Source of the DNA: an uncultured Parasporobacterium sp.
GTDB taxonomy: Bacteria > Bacillota > Clostridia > Lachnospirales > Lachnospiraceae
Assembly: GCA_963676435.2 (NCBI GenBank)
Contig: CAXXOZ010000007.1
Location: 4,359 to 68,358 of the forward strand
Direction of reading: 5' to 3'
Length of the DNA stretch: 64,000 nt
Part shown: positions 52,101 through 61,606 of the stretch, piece after piece
Position numbering within the stretch: the stretch's first letter is position 1
Layout: each line of letters begins with the position of its first letter
The notes under the pieces: model-generated
Seen by the model: only the letters and a program-made list of their open reading frames with translations
The model's database searches: none
Told to the model about the DNA's origin: nothing
Position numbers and translations under genes: made by a program

Positions 52101-52731
52101 TTATTTACATGATAGTGTGACGGATGAAAAGTTTTTTAATCATCTTGAAAGCCAAATTGGTGAAATGCAAAAAATGGAAGAAATGTGTAAAATTGCGTTC
52201 TTAAAGCATATATCGGGAAAAGAAATCTTAACAAACAACCAGGAAAATAAATGTAAAGATATTATACTCGAACTTTCTAATAAAAAAATAAGACTTCCGT
52301 TCTTTGGGATTTTTTCAAAATGGTTTGATTTACCATATTCTTTAAGGGATAAGTATATTGTAGAATACAAATCAAACCCATCAAACAAAGTATATATTAG
52401 TTATGTATTGGAAACTGGAAAACTTGATGAAAAGAAATATGAGAAAGAGTTAATGACTCAAATATGTCAGGGGATTTTTGTCAAAGAGTTTATAATTTTT
52501 TATGGAGAAAGTATTCAATATTACATTGTTGAAACAGACTCTTTTGAGGATGTTTTAACAGAAAGTGTAAACTTTAAATATCTTGATGAATTTGAAAATG
52601 ATGAAAGTAGATATGGAAGTTTAAATAATATGATGCTGTCGTTGGAAATGAATGATGAAAAAACATTTAATATAATTGCAGAAAATTATAATTTGAATTT
52701 AGAGTTGGTAGATAGGCTTTTTACAAAGTAA
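49195..52731 (+). CDS. 1178-aa protein of unknown function (two N-terminal beta-sandwich-like modules, long helical-repeat body, beta-rich C-terminus), possibly DUF5717 family
   Basis: Uninterrupted ORF with a TTG start 7 nt after GGAGG. No catalytic motif recognised. Family name is recalled from annotations of Clostridia and is unverified. Confidence 0.75.
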   Translation: MREIIGKLARGIYEYELPVIMSSVSIIEETIETGIIYNGSFELYSENEEELKGIVYSTNDKFIIINNQFIGKRNKINFKVLTEFTEIRDNVSGNINIVSNGGEIVIPFKINIEPAGIKTTSGIIKTLDEFVELVINSYDEALKIFESNNFEKCFLMETPKYNSVYKGLIRGTDKKIALEEFLVFIGKKNKVSLSLSEYGRNYENLDDSYGDSFILKKEHWGYVEIETQVKGDFIKVANYNIDSDMFAGNSYEFVYFINYNKLFNGLNIGEIIFKTHNQTVKFDIVVDNKKEEKTSINKKELYFYKLYRNYLEFKLNKISVEKWANNSLEILEKELFEDSQKQLIKAWIFLLSDNKNTASEILEDVAADVIQEKANNVEDYCFFMFLRAIEKKDNAYTHETILKIKDYYENGYDSDMLLLMMLYLNEDYENNQSLIFARLKERFMNGNRSPFIYFEALKILNELPELLRVLNSFELQVLNFGAKNRIINEELALRLSELALEQKDCKPILFRLLNYLFDIYMNNVALEAICTLLIREEKTEQKYFKWYEAGVKANLKITKLFEYYMLSVSTDYMGELPRSVLLYFLYNASVLAEKQSFLYFNIVINKEQHPNIYRSYIKRIEKYAVENLAQGNIDEFLSVIYKKVLNESLMNTEIIKKLPEVIHTYKIECDNENVRKVIVCHKELNEEFEVKIINNEAYIKIFSSDVVIIFEDFFGRRYVESVDYRLDKLFYDEEFVKFCIEYSPYNKYMLMAYTKNVLKHIKDHHKILRILKSGIDEDDYRLYFAKAIMQDTVEYYYENYDNEIIDEYLVLFNKSKMNSFTRKKVIELMIIRGMYDEAFSLFLKYGNENVDPGKIVKFCTRSFDKNGMEFDPIYLDLCAYAYRNGKYNELVLKYLSMHYYGLTKEMINLWESSIGFEYENRELEERLVVQILFAKTYLNYLVNIYDSYQEKGANSEVKRAYLFFKSCEYYLHDSVTDEKFFNHLESQIGEMQKMEEMCKIAFLKHISGKEILTNNQENKCKDIILELSNKKIRLPFFGIFSKWFDLPYSLRDKYIVEYKSNPSNKVYISYVLETGKLDEKKYEKELMTQICQGIFVKEFIIFYGESIQYYIVETDSFEDVLTESVNFKYLDEFENDESRYGSLNNMMLSLEMNDEKTFNIIAENYNLNLELVDRLFTK

Positions 52732-52742
52732 AAGGGTAAAAT

Positions 52743-53979
52743 ATGGTAGTAGGAATTGATTATACAGAAGAATATACTCAAATTAGCTATGCTATACAGG
52801 GGATGAAAACACCAGAAACTGTTAGCATCTCTTTTGGTGAAAAAAAAATATCTAATTCCCTCAATGGTGTCAAAAGGGAAAGGTAATGATGAGTGGCTAA
52901 TAGGAGAAGAAGCATTTCAAAGTGTGAAAAATGGTGAAACTTGTTTTTTTAAAAACTTACTAAGTAAGGCTGTTTGGGATGAAGTAGAGTTTATAGAAGA
53001 TACAGAGTATAATTATGTTGAAATATTTAAAATATTTGCTGAAGAAATAATAAAAATCCTAAAAAGAGCAGTAAACAATGACCAAATAGAAAAAATAATT
53101 TTTACTATAGAAAAGGTTAATAAAGAAAATTCGGATTTTATTAAACAAATTTTTATTGATTTAGGATTTTCAGATATTCAGATTGAAATAGTGAGTCATT
53201 CAGAAAGCCTAGCATACTACATACTAAAGCAACCAAAAGACATTTGGACTTTTGATATAGTGTTATTTGATTTTGGATCATCTTATTTTATATATAGAAA
53301 ATTGAAAGTGCAAGGATCAAAAAAACCAGTAATTGTAAAGATTGAGGAAGAAGATTTAAGCGAAATCATGAATGCTCAAACTGCTGAAGATGAGGTTTTC
53401 TTAAAATTACTAGAAGAGAGGTTATCAGAGGAAAGTATTTCAAGTGTATATCTAAACGGTATAGGTTTTTCAGGTGACTGGATGACAAAATCTATAGAAT
53501 ATATTTGTCAAGGAAGAAGAGCGTTTAAAGGTCAGAATATTTTTTCTAAAGGGGCCTGCTATGGTGCTATGACATCAAAACTTTTGGATAATAGTGAGTA
53601 TAGTATTTTATGCAATGATAGAAATAAAATCAACATATCAATTTTAATTGATGAAGATGGAGTTAAAAAGCAGCTTTATTTAATGAAAGCTGGTGAAAAC
53701 TGGTATGAAACGGGAGCAAAACTTGAAGGGTTTATAGATGAGGATAGAAAAATACAATTAATTATTAATAATCCATTTTTAAACGAACAACATCCCGTGG
53801 AGATAGACCTATCAGTTTTTCCTATTAGAGAGTTTAAGAAAAGCAGGATAGAAATAGTAATGATTGTTAAATCAGAAGATGAAATTATTTATTTAATAAA
53901 AGATTTAGGATTTGGAGATTTTTTTAAAGGTACAAACAAGATAGTTGAAAAAACAATTTATGCCAGTGATTATGCGTAG
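52743..53979 (+). pseudogene. Hsp70/actin-fold (ASKHA) protein with degenerate nucleotide-binding loops, possibly DUF5716; reading frame broken in an A9 run
   Basis: ATG 52743 gives MVVGIDYTEEYTQISY...ISFGEKK, then a +1 frame change in the A9 run at 52840-52848, then YLIPSMVSKG...WLIGEEAF. Collinear with DnaK NBD motifs (see findings). Confidence 0.7.
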
Positions 53980-53991
53980 AAAGGATTATCT

Positions 53992-54826
53992 ATGAGTGGG
54001 TTGATATTATGTAATTTAAGCTCTAAAGAGCCTTATTATATTACAGAATTAAATATAAAAGTTTTTTCAATCGAAGAGATAGGCTACTTCTTGTTTAATC
54101 ATGCACATCTTGTGGGAAAAGATTTTTTTAATGAGAATCTTTTAAAATATTTAAAGGAAGATTTTAAAGCTTACTAAAGTATCTGAAAAGCTTAAAGAAA
54201 AATTAGAAAATGATTCTCCTCTAGGAGATTTAATATATTTACTTGTTTCAGAATCAGGCTATTTTAACAATGAAGATCTTAGAGAGTTTTCAGAATTACT
54301 TCCTCAAGTTTCTTTGAAAAGTACTCACGAAAGATTTAAAGCAAAAGCAGATGTTTTTTACGAGTATAATAAATATGAAAGTGCCATTCATGAATATTAT
54401 AAAATATTAAACTTAAAAAGAGATTTTAACCTTTCATCAAGTTTTTATAGTGATATACTAAATAAAATTGGTACTATATATTCGAAGCTTTTTCTTTTTG
54501 AAGAAGCACTAGAGTATTTTAAAAAGGCATATGATTTATCAAGAGATGAGAGATATATAAGAAATATTTTAAACATTTGTTTCATATTGGATGATGAAAA
54601 AAAAATATTAGAACATACAGTTAAGTATGAACTAGAAGATATTTTTGTTGAGATATGCAAAGAAGAGTTTGAAGAAATAAAAAATGAAGTTGAAAAAGGT
54701 AAATCTCATGTATTATTAAAAGAAAAGTTAAGTTATGAGATGTTCAATGAAATAGGAAAAAGTAATATTGAATTTCAGGATTTAATAGATGAATGGAAAG
54801 AAGAATATAGAGACTTAATGGTGTAA
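53992..54826 (+). pseudogene. TPR-like helical protein, reading frame broken at about 54155-54175
   Basis: Two pieces (53992-54177, then the frame open from 54155 to 54826) join as ...LKYLKED(L)KLTKVSEKLKEKLEND.... TPR-like segment: AKADVFYEYNKYESAIHEYYKILN...EEALEYFKKAYDL. Confidence 0.6.
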
Positions 54827-54829
54827 AAG

Positions 54830-55939
54830 ATGAAATTATTTAAAAATAAAAAACAAAAAAATAAAGAGAAATCAAAGGATAGCAACTTAAGTCTGGTAAA
54901 AGAAAGTTGCGAAACTATTTTAAATGCTTCTGAGATAATAGAAGAAGCCAAAATAGAAAAAAGCATTTTAAAAATATACTATGAAGATGTTTTATTGCTA
55001 GACGGTATACCTCAAAATAATAAAGAAGAGATCTTTTCTCTTGCCCGAAAAATTAGTTCTTTAAATGAAGAAAGAGAAGAAATTGAAAAATCTTCCGTAA
55101 AAATCGAAAAGGACAAATATGAGTATGTTAGAAAAAATGAAAAAGCAATTTCAAAGTCAATTGAAAGAATGACAGAAAGTGAAAAAAGGCTAAGTTTGGT
55201 TAAAAGTGACTTGAATAAACTTGAGGGAGAAAGAGAAGCCTTAAAGGTTGAAAAAAGGGAACTTAAAAATAAGTTAAACGTGTTGCAGAATACCTCAAAA
55301 CTTGCTATTATTCTATTAATGATTGTCTTTGTTATCTGTATAATACTAGACTTCGTTTTTGAGTTTGATTCCCAAATTATTATTTTAGTCTCTATTGGTT
55401 TAGCTATTATTGCTGCCTTATTAATATTTATTTTTCATAGGAAAATATTATACAATATTAAACTAACAGATATTAAATTAAACAAAATAATTTCTTTGTT
55501 AAACAAGGTTAAAATAAAATATGTCAATGTAATGTCTACACTTGATTATGTTTATGAAAAAAATAAGGTTAACAGTTCATACGAATTGAGTAGCTTATGG
55601 GGAAATTATATAACATCTCAAAAAGATAAAGAAATTTATGACAAAGTATTAGATAGATTATATAATACTGGAGAAAAATTAATAGATTTATTATCAAGTT
55701 ATAATTTAAAAGAACCAGAAATATGGATTTCAGGGGCAGGAAATATGACTGATGAATCTAGTTTTCAAAAGTATAAAGAAGAAATAAAAACTCAGATATT
55801 AGAAAAAGAATCTGAAATAATAAAAAACAATAAAGATATCGAAGATTCAAAAGAAAACATTAAAAAACTAATGCAAAATGATAATGTTGAACCAGAGGAA
55901 ATAATTAGAATAGTTGAGCAATACGAAGACATTCTATAA
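54830..55939 (+). CDS. Coiled-coil protein with a central two-TM hairpin
   Basis: 369 aa. K/E-rich heptad-like N- and C-terminal halves. Two hydrophobic helices: [20 protein letters not shown] and [20 protein letters not shown]. Confidence 0.8.
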   Translation: MKLFKNKKQKNKEKSKDSNLSLVKESCETILNASEIIEEAKIEKSILKIYYEDVLLLDGIPQNNKEEIFSLARKISSLNEEREEIEKSSVKIEKDKYEYVRKNEKAISKSIERMTESEKRLSLVKSDLNKLEGEREALKVEKRELKNKLNVLQNTSKLAIILLMIVFVICIILDFVFEFDSQIIILVSIGLAIIAALLIFIFHRKILYNIKLTDIKLNKIISLLNKVKIKYVNVMSTLDYVYEKNKVNSSYELSSLWGNYITSQKDKEIYDKVLDRLYNTGEKLIDLLSSYNLKEPEIWISGAGNMTDESSFQKYKEEIKTQILEKESEIIKNNKDIEDSKENIKKLMQNDNVEPEEIIRIVEQYEDIL

Positions 55940-55974
55940 AATATATATTTTTTAGACAGGAAGGGAAACATAAA

Positions 55975-58617
55975 ATGAAAGAATTAAGTAAAAAGTATAA
56001 TCCTTCAGAGATTGAAGGTAAACATTATGATAAATGGATGGAAAAGAAGTACTTTAAAGCTGAAGTGGATGAGAGCAAAAAGCCTTTTACTATTGTAATG
56101 CCACCACCAAATATAACAGGTCAGCTTCATATGGGACATGCTCTTGATAATACAATTCAAGATATTGTTATTAGATTTAAAAGAATGCAAGGATATAATG
56201 CTCTTTGGCAACCTGGAACAGATCATGCAAGTATTGCTACAGAGCTTAAAATTATTGAAAAATTAAAATCAGAAGGAACATCAAAAGAAGAGATTGGTAG
56301 AGAAAAATTTCTTGAGTATGCCTGGGATTGGCGCAAAGAATATGGTGGAAGAATTGTAAATCAATTAAAAAAACTTGGTTCCAGTGCTGACTGGGACAGA
56401 GAAAGATTTACTATGGATGAAGGCTGTTCAAAAGCAGTTGAAGAAGTTTTCTTAAGATTATATGAAAAAGGATATATATATAAAGGGTCAAAAATAATAA
56501 ACTGGTGTCCTGTTTGTATGACATCAATTTCTGATGCGGAAGTAGAACATGAAGAAAGCTCAGGACATTTTTGGCACATTAAATATCCAGTAAAAGGTAC
56601 TGAGGATGTTCTAGAAGTTGCTACAACAAGACCTGAAACAATGCTAGGTGATACTGCTGTTGCAGTTCATCCAGAAGATGAAAGATATAGCCATTTGATT
56701 GGAAAAACTGTAATTTTGCCTTTAGTTAATCGTGAAATACCAGTTGTTGCAGACAGTTATGTTGAAATGGAATTTGGAACAGGTGTTGTTAAAATAACTC
56801 CAGCTCATGATCCTAATGACTTTGAGGTAGGTAAAAGACATGACTTAGAAGAGTTAAATGTTATGAATGATGATGCTACTATAAATGAAGCTGGTGGCAA
56901 ATACAAAGGAATGGACAGATATAAGGCTAGAAAAGCAATTGTTAAAGATTTAGAAGAACAAGGATTTCTTTCAAAAGTAGAAGATCATTCACATAATGTA
57001 GGACGACATGATAGATGTAATACAGTTGTAGAGCCGTTAATCAAACCTCAGTGGTTTGTTAAAATGGATGAAATGATAAAACCTGCTGTAGATTCCATAA
57101 AGAATGGAGAAATAAAGCTTTTACCAGAGCATATGGACAGATTATACTATAATTGGACAGATAACATCAGGGACTGGTGTATATCAAGACAATTATGGTG
57201 GGGTCATAGAATACCAGCTTATTACTGTAAAGAATGTAATGAAGTAGTGGTTTCAAAAATTAAACCAGATACCTGCCCTAAGTGTGAAAGCAGTAATATA
57301 ATCCAGGATGAAGATACATTAGATACATGGTTTAGTTCAGCTTTATGGCCGTTTTCAACGCTAGGATGGCCTGAAAAGACTAAAGATTTAGATTATTTTT
57401 ACCCAACAGACCTGTTGGTAACAGGTTATGATATAATTTTCTTCTGGGTAATTAGAATGATTTTCTCAGGTTACGAGCAAATGGATGTTAAACCTTTTAA
57501 TACTGTATTATTTCATGGTCTTGTAAGGGATTCACAAGGCAGAAAGATGAGTAAATCTTTAGGAAACGGTATAGATCCTTTGCAAGTTATTGAGGAATAT
57601 GGTGCTGATGCTTTAAGATTTACATTAATAACAGGTATTTCTCCTGGAAATGACACGAGATTTTATGACAAGAAAGTTGAAGCTAGTAGAAACTTCGCGA
57701 ATAAAATTTGGAATGCATCAAGATTTATTATGATGAATATGCCAGAAGGCGGAATAAAAGAAGTAGAACAGTCAGAATTGACCGATGCTGACAAGTGGAT
57801 TTTTGCAAAAACGTACAACTTAATTGAAGATGTTACAGAAAATATGGAAAAATATGAATTAGGTGTGGCAGCAGATAAGTTATATCAGTTTATATGGGAA
57901 GAATTCTGTGATTGGTATATTGAAATGGTTAAACCAAGGTTGTATGATGAAAATGATAAAACTAAAAATGCAGCTTTATATACATTGAAAAATGTACTTG
58001 AAACTCTATTAAAGCTTTTACACCCATATATGCCTTTTATTACAGAGGAAATTTATTGTAATATACAATCTGAAAATGAAAGTATAATGATATCAGAATG
58101 GCCTAGGAATCTTGTGAACGAAGATCTTGAACAGGCTAAAGAAAAAGTTGAATTAATAAAAGAAGCAGTAAGAGCTACCAGAGGAATCAGAACAGACATG
58201 AATGTACCTTTTAATAAAAAGGCAAAAATGTATGTGGTTTCAGAAGAAGAAGGAATACGTGAGATTTTTGAAAAATCTAAAGTGTTTTTTGCATCATTAA
58301 GTCATGCAAGTGAAGTAATCATTAAAGAAAATAGAGATGATATCGAAAAAGATGCAGTAAGTGTTGTTCTATCAAAAGCTGTAATTTATATGCCTTTTGA
58401 TGAATTGGTTGACATTTCTAAAGAAATCGAACACTTAAAAGAAGAACAAGAAAAACTTAAAAAAGAAATTGCCAGAGTTGATGGTATGCTATCAAATAAG
58501 AACTTTATAGATAAAGCACCAGAAAAGAAAATTAATGAAGAAAAAGACAAAAAGATAAAATATCAAGGGATGCTTGAAAAGGTTGAAGAAAGACTTGAAC
58601 AATTAGCCGAGAGATAA
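55975..58617 (+). CDS. valS: Valine--tRNA ligase
   Basis: [13 protein letters not shown] (HIGH), KMSKS, C-terminal coiled coil, 880 aa. Confidence 0.97.
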   Translation: MKELSKKYNPSEIEGKHYDKWMEKKYFKAEVDESKKPFTIVMPPPNITGQLHMGHALDNTIQDIVIRFKRMQGYNALWQPGTDHASIATELKIIEKLKSEGTSKEEIGREKFLEYAWDWRKEYGGRIVNQLKKLGSSADWDRERFTMDEGCSKAVEEVFLRLYEKGYIYKGSKIINWCPVCMTSISDAEVEHEESSGHFWHIKYPVKGTEDVLEVATTRPETMLGDTAVAVHPEDERYSHLIGKTVILPLVNREIPVVADSYVEMEFGTGVVKITPAHDPNDFEVGKRHDLEELNVMNDDATINEAGGKYKGMDRYKARKAIVKDLEEQGFLSKVEDHSHNVGRHDRCNTVVEPLIKPQWFVKMDEMIKPAVDSIKNGEIKLLPEHMDRLYYNWTDNIRDWCISRQLWWGHRIPAYYCKECNEVVVSKIKPDTCPKCESSNIIQDEDTLDTWFSSALWPFSTLGWPEKTKDLDYFYPTDLLVTGYDIIFFWVIRMIFSGYEQMDVKPFNTVLFHGLVRDSQGRKMSKSLGNGIDPLQVIEEYGADALRFTLITGISPGNDTRFYDKKVEASRNFANKIWNASRFIMMNMPEGGIKEVEQSELTDADKWIFAKTYNLIEDVTENMEKYELGVAADKLYQFIWEEFCDWYIEMVKPRLYDENDKTKNAALYTLKNVLETLLKLLHPYMPFITEEIYCNIQSENESIMISEWPRNLVNEDLEQAKEKVELIKEAVRATRGIRTDMNVPFNKKAKMYVVSEEEGIREIFEKSKVFFASLSHASEVIIKENRDDIEKDAVSVVLSKAVIYMPFDELVDISKEIEHLKEEQEKLKKEIARVDGMLSNKNFIDKAPEKKINEEKDKKIKYQGMLEKVEERLEQLAER

Positions 58618-58644
58618 ATTTATTGAATAGGTGAGGTGATTTAG

Positions 58645-60033
58645 GTGGAATCAAATTTTTCAAAATATGTGAGGTTTAGATTAAGTGCAGATGATATGTA
58701 CGCATATCTTACTTTGATTTCCCCATTTAGTCCTCAAGAAGAAGATATTTTTTTACTAGATGATATTGTGGAATACATAGAAATGATGGGTGTTACAAAA
58801 GGTATTAAAAAAAATGTAATTCAAGATATTATTAGTTTAAAAAAGTATGACGAAGAATTTTGTGTAGCAAAAGGATTACCTTCAAAAGATGGTAGAGATG
58901 GATACTTTGAATTTAAAGTAAATCTAAACAAAAATAAGAATTTAGGTTTTTTAAAGGATGATTCTTTAGACTACTCAAATATTGATTTAACTCCAAGTAT
59001 TAAAAAGGGAGAAGTTATAGCAACATATATTTCTAAAACAGATGGTGAAGATGGGTTTGATATAAAGGGGAATATTTTAAATGCTAAAAAAAGTAAAGAT
59101 TTACCAAAGTTAACTGGAACAGGATTTCAAATCATTGACGATGGTAAAACATATATTGCTTCAAAAGATGGCAAGATAGAATTGCATGAAAATAAATTAG
59201 AAATATCTGATATGTATACAATAAAAGGTGATGTGGATGAATCCACAGGAAATATCTTTTATAATGGAGATTTAGAAATACTAGGAAATGTCAAGTCAGG
59301 TATGAAGGTTAAAGTGTCAGGAAATCTATTAGTAGTTGGTAAGGTTGAAGCATCTCACTTAGAATCCACCAAGGCTATTTTAATAAAAGGTGGGGTCATG
59401 GGTGGAGACAGAGCATTTATAAGCGCAGGTGGAAATGTGTTAGCAAGTTTTATCGAAAGGGCTCATGTGATTTCGGATCAAACTGTTCGTGCAGGCTCAA
59501 TACTTTTATCTTATGTTTTTGCAAATAAAGGAATTATTGTTGATGGAAAAAAGGGAAGTATTGTTGGTGGTCAATTAAAGGCAACGAATATTATTTCAGC
59601 AACAAATATTGGATCTTTATCTGAAACAAAAACAGAAATCACAGTAGGTCTGGATAAATTTCTTTATGAGAGACAAGTTTACCTAGTGAATGAAACAAAA
59701 AGAATTAAAAAAGATATAGAAAAAATTGACGAAGTTATATTAATATTAGATACAGACTTATCTATAAGAAATGGACCAGAAATAAAGAGAAAGTTAACAA
59801 GGGCAAAATTAGAAAAATTATCAATGCTTAGTAGAAATAAATTAGAAATCGATGAAATTACAGAAAAGATTAGCACATCTCATGACGCAAAGGTTGAAGT
59901 TAAAAGTTATGTCTATCCAGGTGTAATTATAAGTGTTGATTCATACAAATTAGATGTTGAAAAAGAAGATAAAAGTGTTGATTTTATTAGACGAGGCGAT
60001 AAAGTATTAAGCCAAACATTAGACTCAATGTAG
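58645..60033 (+). CDS. FapA/DUF342 family protein (beta-helix, polymer-forming type), GTG start
   Basis: N-terminal LSADDMYAYLTL, repeated GN/GG-containing beta-helix turns (GNLLVVGKV..., GGVMGGD...), C-terminal coiled coil. Confidence 0.7.
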   Translation: MESNFSKYVRFRLSADDMYAYLTLISPFSPQEEDIFLLDDIVEYIEMMGVTKGIKKNVIQDIISLKKYDEEFCVAKGLPSKDGRDGYFEFKVNLNKNKNLGFLKDDSLDYSNIDLTPSIKKGEVIATYISKTDGEDGFDIKGNILNAKKSKDLPKLTGTGFQIIDDGKTYIASKDGKIELHENKLEISDMYTIKGDVDESTGNIFYNGDLEILGNVKSGMKVKVSGNLLVVGKVEASHLESTKAILIKGGVMGGDRAFISAGGNVLASFIERAHVISDQTVRAGSILLSYVFANKGIIVDGKKGSIVGGQLKATNIISATNIGSLSETKTEITVGLDKFLYERQVYLVNETKRIKKDIEKIDEVILILDTDLSIRNGPEIKRKLTRAKLEKLSMLSRNKLEIDEITEKISTSHDAKVEVKSYVYPGVIISVDSYKLDVEKEDKSVDFIRRGDKVLSQTLDSM

Positions 60034-60049
60034 AAAGGAATTTATTAAA

Positions 60050-60196
60050 ATGATTGATTTTGATGAAGAAATTAAAAAATTTCAACCATGTCTTGAAGTA
60101 GATGAGGTAGAAGAAGCGATTTACAAAAATAATGTTACAGATATGACAGATGTTATGTTAGAGATGATGAAAGATTTAGCGAAAAATAAAGAGTAA
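60050..60196 (+). CDS. 48-aa highly acidic small protein
   Basis: MIDFDEEIKKFQPCLEVDEVEEAIYKNNVTDMTDVMLEMMKDLAKNKE. AAAGGA RBS. Fits exactly in the gap between two coupled genes and is too short for the ORF track. Confidence 0.5.
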   Translation: MIDFDEEIKKFQPCLEVDEVEEAIYKNNVTDMTDVMLEMMKDLAKNKE

Positions 60197-60213
60197 TTTT
60201 AGAGAGGATTATT

Positions 60214-61596
60214 ATGAAATGTTATAATTGTGGAAGGATTCTTTCGGGGGGAGATCTCTGTGCAACATGTGGCGTAGATGTTACTGTTTTCAAAAAAATT
60301 GTTAAACTTTCAAATCAATATTACAATGAGGCTCTAAAAAAGGCTCACATTAGAGATTTGACAGGTGCGATAGATTATTTGAATAGAAGTTTGCATATGT
60401 ACAAAGAAAATATTGCAGCAAGGAATCTTCTTGGTTTGATATATTTTGAAATTGGAGAAGTAGTTCCAGCTTTAACAGAGTGGGTAATAAGTAAGAATAT
60501 TGATTCTCTTGATAATCCAGCAGATGAATATATTAATCAGGTTCAAAATGATCAGACAGGACTTGAACTAATTAATCAAACAATAAAGAAGTATAACCTT
60601 GCCCTTAACTATGCTAATCAGGATAGTGACGATTTAGCTATTATACAGTTGAAAAAGATATTAAATTCAAATTCAAGATTTATGCGAGGGCATCAGTTAT
60701 TAGCTCTTTTATTTATAAAAAATAATGATTATTTAGGTGCGAAAAAGGCATTAAAAAAATCTTTAAAAATTGATAATACTAATACTCTTAGCTTGACCTA
60801 CTTAAAAGAAGTTGAAGAAAAATTAAAAGATGAAGAACAAAACGCAAAAGGATTTTTTAAAAGAAGAAAATCAAAGAAAAAAGCAGAAGAAGAAAGAAAA
60901 AGTCTTAGTGGAAATGATGTGATTATACCCACTGGATATAAAGATACAAACCTTGGAGCAGCTACTGTCATATATATCCTAATAGGAATCATTATAGGAG
61001 CAGCCATGGTATTTTTCATAGTAACACCTGCAAAAAACAGAGCAGATAAGACAGAGTATGAAAATACAATACTTGAGCTTGAAGAGGAGGTTGCCAAAAT
61101 AACAGCAAACAATTCGGAGCTTTCTTCTAGTATAGATGTTTTAACTGAAGAAAATGAAGAATACAAGGACAAGGTAGATTTAGATACCAGCATGAAAACT
61201 TATTATGACTCACTATTGGCAGCTCAAACATATTTTAGAGAAGGTAATTACCTTTCAGGAGCTGAAGAATTGTTGAAAATCAAATCAACAGATGGTATGA
61301 CAAGTACATTTATGGGTATATACGATCAGATTTACAGTCCTATGACAGTATATGCATCAAATTATTATTACAATTCAGGAATGAATCAATACTATTCTAG
61401 AAATTATTCAAAAGCAATTGAGTATTTATCTATGTCATATGAATATAATAACGAAAATGCAAATGCTTTGGTGAATCTTGCTATTGCATATAATGATAAT
61501 GATGATGTAGACAATGCAACAAAATATTTTAATCAGGTTATAGAGTTGTTCCCTGGAACCTCACAGGCATCAAAAGCTGAAACATATTTGAATTAA
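60214..61596 (+). CDS. Zinc-ribbon plus TPR protein with a single TM helix
   Basis: CYNCG...CATCG zinc ribbon, cytoplasmic TPRs, K-rich linker, TM helix (AATVIYILIGIIIGAAMVFFIV), coiled coil, extracytoplasmic TPRs. Confidence 0.75.
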   Translation: MKCYNCGRILSGGDLCATCGVDVTVFKKIVKLSNQYYNEALKKAHIRDLTGAIDYLNRSLHMYKENIAARNLLGLIYFEIGEVVPALTEWVISKNIDSLDNPADEYINQVQNDQTGLELINQTIKKYNLALNYANQDSDDLAIIQLKKILNSNSRFMRGHQLLALLFIKNNDYLGAKKALKKSLKIDNTNTLSLTYLKEVEEKLKDEEQNAKGFFKRRKSKKKAEEERKSLSGNDVIIPTGYKDTNLGAATVIYILIGIIIGAAMVFFIVTPAKNRADKTEYENTILELEEEVAKITANNSELSSSIDVLTEENEEYKDKVDLDTSMKTYYDSLLAAQTYFREGNYLSGAEELLKIKSTDGMTSTFMGIYDQIYSPMTVYASNYYYNSGMNQYYSRNYSKAIEYLSMSYEYNNENANALVNLAIAYNDNDDVDNATKYFNQVIELFPGTSQASKAETYLN

Positions 61597-61606
61597 TATA
61601 AAAAAA

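Noticed and set aside
55940-55974. Looked for a T-box leader upstream of valS, and for riboswitches upstream of hisC, the aminotransferase gene and the REC gene.
   Set aside because: The gaps are too short (35 bp for valS). None of the conserved T-box or c-di-GMP riboswitch sequence blocks I know were seen in 12568-12713 or 46440-46591.
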